Below, in pieces: positions 1 to 3,730 of a DNA stretch of 3,730 nucleotides; within the stretch, counting starts at the first letter, position 1; every line of letters starts with the position of its first letter. Below the pieces are notes generated by a model. The model was not told the origin of the DNA. It ran no database searches and saw only the letters and a program-made list of their open reading frames with translations. The stretch lies in the NCBI GenBank assembly GCA_000004985.1, contig GG739212.1; one strand, 5' to 3'. Source of the stretch: Naegleria gruberi. Its lineage: Eukaryota. The translations under genes were made by a program, and so were the position numbers.

Positions 1-143
1 CCAATTGTTTACCGGCGTAGATGAGCCTTTGTTGTTCTGGTGGAATTCCTTCCTTATCTTGAACCTTTCTTTTAACATTTTCAATTGAATCGTTCTTCCA
101 ATGTGATAGTTTTACCAGTGAGTGTCTTGACAAATAATTGCAT
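1..143 (-). CDS. Ubiquitin-like protein, N-terminal part only (the gene runs off the window edge). The reading frame appears broken (+1 shift) near 92..95, so this is either a pseudogene or a sequence error.
   Basis: The minus-strand ATG is the reverse complement of 141..143. It translates as [16 protein letters not shown], 15/16 identical to the ubiquitin N-terminus [17 protein letters not shown] different frame, starting at about 94, translates as [31 protein letters not shown], which matches ubiquitin [31 protein letters not shown]. Only 4 nt (GAAC) lie between the Glu16 codon and the Asp21 codon, where ubiquitin has 12 nt. That leaves the two ubiquitin-matching segments out of frame, and the ATG frame reaches a TGA stop at about 81..83. 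Confidence 0.6.
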
Positions 144-555
144 GATTGGTTTGAACTGTTTTTTTCTTATTGTTGAAATTCAAACCTAAATCTTCCCACT
201 ATTTATGTGAATCTGCGGTTTTTGTGTATTTTTAGATAAAAGTTCTAGTTGAGCTTTGAACTAGTTTTGTTTCGCGACACAAATTTTGGAACTTGGGATA
301 TATTGTAATTTAAAAGCACAAAAGGTGAAAATTAGCATGTTAATATCGAATAACTAAATATATAGATTGTATTGCTTTCATATATTAGAACAACACTTTT
401 CACTTTGAGTTTTCTTTAAAATGTTTGTGGGTGTAATTATTGCTGATTATCTTGATATTTACTTGATAAATGTATTCAATTTTTTTACCATATCAACTAG
501 ACATTTTGGAGTGCCTTTTATGGCTTTTATATGTCTTAATAAAAAGAGCTCAAGT

Positions 556-569
556 AAAAAGAGACAAAA
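556..569 (-). terminator. Pol III oligo-T terminator for the tRNA-Leu gene.
   Basis: On the minus strand, directly 3' of the tRNA discriminator, the sequence reads GC-TTTT-GTCTC-TTTTT-A. A further TTTTT follows at 541..545. Confidence 0.6.
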
Positions 570-571
570 GC

Positions 572-652
572 TGCAGAAGGTGGGATTTGAACCCACGAAG
601 CTTGCGCAGTAGAACTTGAGTCTACCCCCTTTGACCACTCGGGAACCCCTGC
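572..652 (-). tRNA. tRNA-Leu, anticodon CAA, type II with a long variable arm and no intron.
   Basis: Reverse complement of 572..652: GCAGGGGTTCCCGAGTGGTCAAAGGGGGTAGACTCAAGTTCTACTGCGCAAGCTTCGTGGGTTCAAATCCCACCTTCTGCA. The 7-bp acceptor stem is GCAGGGG/CTTCTGC with two G-U pairs. The D-arm is CCC-GAGTGGTCAAA-GGG. The anticodon stem is GTAGA/TCTAC with loop CTCAAGT (U33, CAA, G37). There is a 12-nt variable arm with a short GC stem. The T-arm is GTGGG-TTCAAAT-CCCAC (GTTCAAATC consensus). The discriminator is A. Confidence 0.85.
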
Positions 653-657
653 TTCAC

Positions 658-684
658 ATTCATTCATATTCATTCTTCATCACA
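658..684. repeat. Imperfect (ATTC)n-like low-complexity tract in the tRNA 5' flank.
   Basis: cattcattcatattcattcttcatcaca. Confidence 0.3.
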
Positions 685-1407
685 CTGAAATAAACTAATA
701 ATTCTATTTTCTTAAGTACACAACTACATACAGCTCGGGTAATAATTTTCTATTATTGATAAAAAGTTTAAGGTACCAATCTGCATGTTCACAAATCCCC
801 CATTCACAAACCATGGCTGGTAAGGAATGCAGCAATCATCTATGAACGAGGAAACCTACAGCGAAGCATGTTTCCAGTTCGATATCATGCTCAAGATATG
901 TGACTACAGAGTCTTCATCTTGGTTAACCTCAAAGGTCAGATTGACTCAAAAAAGTCGAGTTTATGTATTCCTACAGAAAAGATCCTGTAGAAGTACAGT
1001 CAATGGTTTTATCAATCTTGCATCCTCAATGATGTTATATTGGTTCTGAAAGTGTAAATTGTTATGAAGAAAAGTTATGGTTAAAAAATTGGGAAAAAAT
1101 TCAATAACAGATTCAAGAATATATTTGAAAGAATAAGGTTACCAGTCTGGCTTTCTTGGTGAATAAAGATGATAATATGAAAGTAAGTCAATTTGTCGAA
1201 GGACCTTCAGTGCAGTATTGGGGTTAGACAAGTGTTGTTCTAAAGATATGACATTTGTCATGGAAATTAACACTTGCTAGGTATGTGGTGAAGCAAATAT
1301 TTGAAGTCTCAAATCCAAAAATTGATCTTTTATTGATCAACCACAAGTATCTCTTTCTAACTAGATAAAATTCAAAGGTGATATATAGATGGTCACGTAG
1401 CAAGCTT

Positions 1408-1865
1408 NNNNNNNNNNNNNNNNNNNNNNNNNNNNNNNNNNNNNNNNNNNNNNNNNNNNNNNNNNNNNNNNNNNNNNNNNNNNNNNNNNNNNNNNNNNNN
1501 NNNNNNNNNNNNNNNNNNNNNNNNNNNNNNNNNNNNNNNNNNNNNNNNNNNNNNNNNNNNNNNNNNNNNNNNNNNNNNNNNNNNNNNNNNNNNNNNNNNN
1601 NNNNNNNNNNNNNNNNNNNNNNNNNNNNNNNNNNNNNNNNNNNNNNNNNNNNNNNNNNNNNNNNNNNNNNNNNNNNNNNNNNNNNNNNNNNNNNNNNNNN
1701 NNNNNNNNNNNNNNNNNNNNNNNNNNNNNNNNNNNNNNNNNNNNNNNNNNNNNNNNNNNNNNNNNNNNNNNNNNNNNNNNNNNNNNNNNNNNNNNNNNNN
1801 NNNNNNNNNNNNNNNNNNNNNNNNNNNNNNNNNNNNNNNNNNNNNNNNNNNNNNNNNNNNNNNNN
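1408..1865. other. Assembly or scaffold gap: 458 consecutive N.
   Basis: Direct observation of the N run. It starts immediately after an AAGCTT (HindIII) site at 1402..1407. ORF-track entries 1224..1916(-), 1378..1893(+) and 1393..1953(-) are poly-X artefacts spanning this gap. Confidence 0.99.
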
Positions 1866-1954
1866 GGAGATCATCTTGGAAATAAATAGATAACTGATCG
1901 GATGATGATATTCCACAACAAAACAAAATAACTAAATAACAAACACTAATCAAA

Positions 1955-2251
1955 ATGCCAGCTAGAAATACTTCTTCAAATACTTCTTCATCTTCCGAAG
2001 ATAGAATTCCAACAAAAACAGTCTGGTCAAGATCTAAACCAATTGATTTAACTAAAAGATTACCATTATTTGATATTGATACTTCAAATATTATAAGTGG
2101 AACCAGACATCGTAATAATATTGATTATCATCATGCAAATTTAAATGGTAAACAAATTTCAGTGAAAAGATCTTCGAAAAATTCAATTGAAAAGAGAGCT
2201 AAACAATCAACCACCACTACTAAGAGGATTACCAAATCGAAAAAGATGTAG
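1955..2251 (+). CDS. Hypothetical small protein of 98 aa. It is basic, Ser/Thr/Lys-rich, probably intrinsically disordered, and has a K/R-rich C-terminus that could act as a nuclear localisation signal. No family assignment was possible.
   Basis: ATG at 1955 lies in the context tcaaaATGc, preceded by an A-rich, G-poor leader. An in-frame TAA sits 18 nt upstream, so this is the first possible start. Codon usage is coherent and yeast-like (AGA Arg, TTA Leu, TCT/TCA Ser, CCA Pro, ACT/ACC Thr). Stop TAG is at 2249..2251, followed by an AT-rich 3' region with AATAAA-like motifs. Sequence: MPARNTSSNTSSSSEDRIPTKTVWSRSKPIDLTKRLPLFDIDTSNIISGTRHRNNIDYHHANLNGKQISVKRSSKNSIEKRAKQSTTTTKRITKSKKM. Confidence 0.55.
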   Translation: MPARNTSSNTSSSSEDRIPTKTVWSRSKPIDLTKRLPLFDIDTSNIISGTRHRNNIDYHHANLNGKQISVKRSSKNSIEKRAKQSTTTTKRITKSKKM

Positions 2252-2450
2252 ACTAATACTTGTAAATTATCCTAAATTTGTAAATAAAAAAAGAAGAGAA
2301 TTAAATATCCAGAAGAATCAGATCTTATTATTGTTCATAAATGAAGTTGCCCTACTGTCCAGAATGTGTTTGAGGCAGTAGTTCAGTTGATTATATAGAA
2401 ACTCTTTTCATTATTGTTGATTGTTTAAGATGTGAAGCATGTTCCAGTAT

Positions 2451-2470
2451 GGGAAGAAGGATAAATTACA
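2451..2470. repeat. Left arm of the 20-bp perfect inverted repeat.
   Basis: gggaagaaggataaattaca, matching the reverse complement of 2971..2990. Confidence 0.9.
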
Positions 2471-2970
2471 CTTTTTGGCCGTCTGGAACCCCCTCCTACC
2501 AACTGAGGGTGTTGTATGATTTTTTTTCATGATTTGTTATAGATAGAAGTTTATTAACAATACAAGTCTTTATTAGACCAAGAGAAAAACAGGGTGTTCA
2601 AAGTATCAATTACCACTTGTTCTTCTAGCAACAAGCACTTTCTGGGTTCTGAACAATGGCCAAGTGATTGGTGTTCGTTCGAACCTCACTTCAATGTACC
2701 AACAACTTCAAGTAAATGACAGATGTTGTTTTGGGTAGCCATGTGGAAGGAAGCAAAAGAACTTCTCCTCCGGTGGTATCAAGGTAGCGTGATGAAGGTT
2801 GTTATTTAGCAGGGTGGTGATGAAATCATGATGAGTAATTGTTGTTTGTTTTTTTTGTTGAATATTTAACGGTCATCTTGCAGCGGTTTTTGAAATCGAT
2901 TCTATTTTATTTATTATTTTTTAATTTTTATTTTAATAATTTGGCCAAGACCCCCTCTCCCCCTGCGTGC

Positions 2971-2990
2971 TGTAATTTATCCTTCTTCCC
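2971..2990. repeat. Right arm of the 20-bp perfect inverted repeat.
   Basis: tgtaatttatccttcttccc, which is the reverse complement of 2451..2470. Confidence 0.9.
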
Positions 2991-3166
2991 TATTTAAATT
3001 ACTTTGATTTATGAGAAGAGTTTAATATTTTGTGAATTGTACAACAGAGATTTATTTAAAACTGAATTGATTCAATCTACTATCATATAATTGTGGTTTT
3101 GTTCTTGATATTAGGAGTGCTGTGGATTTACAATTCTGCAAATACTGAGTGAGAGAAATAATTGTC

Positions 3167-3223
3167 AGCCCTCTTGAACTCTATTCTCAACTATTAATTG
3201 ATTAGGAAAAGTACAAGAGGGCT
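3167..3223. repeat. Hairpin-forming inverted repeat with a 10-bp GC-rich stem and a 37-nt loop.
   Basis: agccctcttg at 3167..3176 is the exact reverse complement of caagagggct at 3214..3223. A T-run (tttctttttttttt) follows about 45 nt downstream at 3269..3283. Confidence 0.5.
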
Positions 3224-3507
3224 CAATGAATCTATAATCATAATAGCTATAGTATTCATTGCAGTAGGTTTCTTTTTTTTTTAATTGAACAAGAGACAAT
3301 TTCACTCATTCAACCCACTTGCTATCTATTTATATTTTTGGAAAATGTAACTTTCATATTTTGAAGCTCACATCCATGCATTTACTTGTCATAAGCAATG
3401 CTCAATTTCATTGTTGTACAGGACATGTGTTTCTGTTGAACAAATATTTCAGGATTCAAATTAATGACTACCGGTACAATTATATTTCACAATTTGAGGA
3501 AGTGTAT

Positions 3508-3625
3508 GGCTACGGCCATATCACGATGAATGCACCTCATCCCGTCCGATTTGAGAAGTTAAGCATCGTCGAGCCACATCAGTACTGAGGTTGGAGACAA
3601 CTTGGGAACCTGTGGTGCTGTAGTC
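3508..3625 (+). rRNA. 5S ribosomal RNA gene, dispersed copy not linked to rDNA within this window.
   Basis: GGCTACGGCCATATCACGATGAATGCACCTCATCCCGTCCGATTTGAGAAGTTAAGCATCGTCGAGCCACATCAGTACTGAGGTTGGAGACAACTTGGGAACCTGTGGTGCTGTAGTC. The conserved 5S blocks are present: 5' GGCUACGGCCAUA, GCACC, CCCGUCCGAU, GUUAAGC, AGUAC (loop E), GGUUGGAGACAAC, UGGGAA, and the 3' GGUGCUGUAG. Helix I forms between GGCUACGGC and GCUGUAGUC. The total length of 118 nt is appropriate. Confidence 0.9.
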
Positions 3626-3630
3626 TTTTT
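3626..3630 (+). terminator. Pol III T5 terminator of the 5S gene.
   Basis: ttttt immediately after the 3' end of the 5S helix I. Confidence 0.7.
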
Positions 3631-3730
3631 GATTGCAATAGGAAAATCTATCCTAATATATGGTTATTCATGGATTAAAAGCATCTTTTGTAATGCAATG
3701 TTTGAGAGTGGTGCATCTTTCTGTGATATT

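Larger units (their letters stand above)
2451..2990. mobile_element. Candidate non-autonomous transposable element (MITE/SINE-like), 540 bp, delimited by perfect 20-bp terminal inverted repeats and flanked by TAT on both sides. There is no coding capacity inside.
   Basis: 2451..2470 gggaagaaggataaattaca is the exact reverse complement of 2971..2990 tgtaatttatccttcttccc. The 3 nt outside each end are tat (2448..2450 and 2991..2993). Interior sub-terminal motifs ttggcc(N5-6)accccctc occur at both ends in direct orientation (2475..2496 and 2942..2957). The interior has tRNA-like motifs on the minus strand. Poly-T tracts occur at 2521..2528 and 2851..2858. Confidence 0.4.

Noticed and set aside
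421-612. 63-aa plus-strand ORF
   Set aside because: It runs antisense through the tRNA-Leu gene and its terminator, has a poor start context, and its Phe/Ile/Lys-rich composition is typical of random AT-rich DNA.
768-1152. Imperfect direct repeat aaggtaccaatctg (771..784) and aaggttaccagtctg (1135..1149), a possible LTR or transposon boundary next to the tRNA
   Set aside because: Only about 13/15 identity with an indel. No TG..CA termini, no flanking duplication and no internal retroelement ORF. It is compatible with chance.
653-1400. Possible LTR-retrotransposon remnant in the 5' flank of the tRNA gene
   Set aside because: tRNA-upstream regions are classical Ty-type insertion sites, but I see no LTR hallmarks, primer-binding site or gag/pol-like reading frames, only stop-ridden AT-rich sequence.
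1224-1953. Three long ORFs containing runs of X
   Set aside because: They exist only because the N gap (1408..1865) lacks stop codons. They are artefacts.
2187-2381. 64-aa plus-strand ORF overlapping the 3' end of the 98-aa ORF
   Set aside because: It is out of frame with the better-supported ORF and lies in its AT-rich 3' UTR-like region, with no independent start context. There is no convincing splice donor or branch point (GTAGAC is a poor 5' splice site) to join it to the upstream ORF.
2789-2834. Three box-C-like motifs (GTGATGA at 2789 and 2817, ATGATGA at 2828), suggesting a C/D snoRNA
   Set aside because: No box D (CTGA) with a complementary terminal stem exists within about 150 nt downstream on the plus strand. 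The minus strand lacks box C altogether. TGATGA is common by chance in AT-rich sequence.
3319-3588. 89-aa plus-strand ORF
   Set aside because: Its 3' part overlaps the 5S rRNA gene on the same strand. The 5S interpretation is far better supported.
1-3730. Mitochondrial or prokaryotic origin, and any CRISPR or defence locus
   Set aside because: GC content is too high for yeast mitochondrial DNA. The tRNA has a nuclear-type T-loop and an oligo-T pol III terminator. A nuclear 5S rRNA gene is present. There are no direct-repeat/spacer arrays and no operon-like gene packing.

Overview
This window is AT-rich (roughly one-third GC) eukaryotic nuclear DNA, most likely from an ascomycete yeast or fungus. 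Codon usage is AGA/TTA/TCT/CCA-rich, the 5' UTR is A-rich with an A at -3 before the ATG, and the two RNA polymerase III genes end in T-runs. It is a gene-poor intergenic stretch with five supportable features. (1) The 5' end of a ubiquitin-like gene lies on the minus strand at the left edge and appears frameshifted. (2) A complete intron-less tRNA-Leu(CAA) lies on the minus strand at 572..652. (3) A 458-nt run of N (1408..1865) is a scaffold gap; the six-frame ORFs containing X are artefacts of it. (4) A 98-aa basic, Ser/Thr-rich ORF lies on the plus strand at 1955..2251 with good yeast-like start context, but I could not assign a family. (5) A canonical fungal-type 5S rRNA gene lies on the plus strand at 3508..3625, followed by TTTTT. 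The most unusual structure is a perfect 20-bp inverted repeat pair (2451..2470 and 2971..2990) delimiting a 540-bp non-coding segment flanked by TAT on both sides. That segment contains tRNA-like motifs and sub-terminal direct repeats, which makes it a candidate MITE/SINE-like non-autonomous element. There are no prokaryotic signatures (no CRISPR array, no operon) and no multi-gene system. The transposon-like element and the frameshifted ubiquitin-like gene are the items most worth checking.
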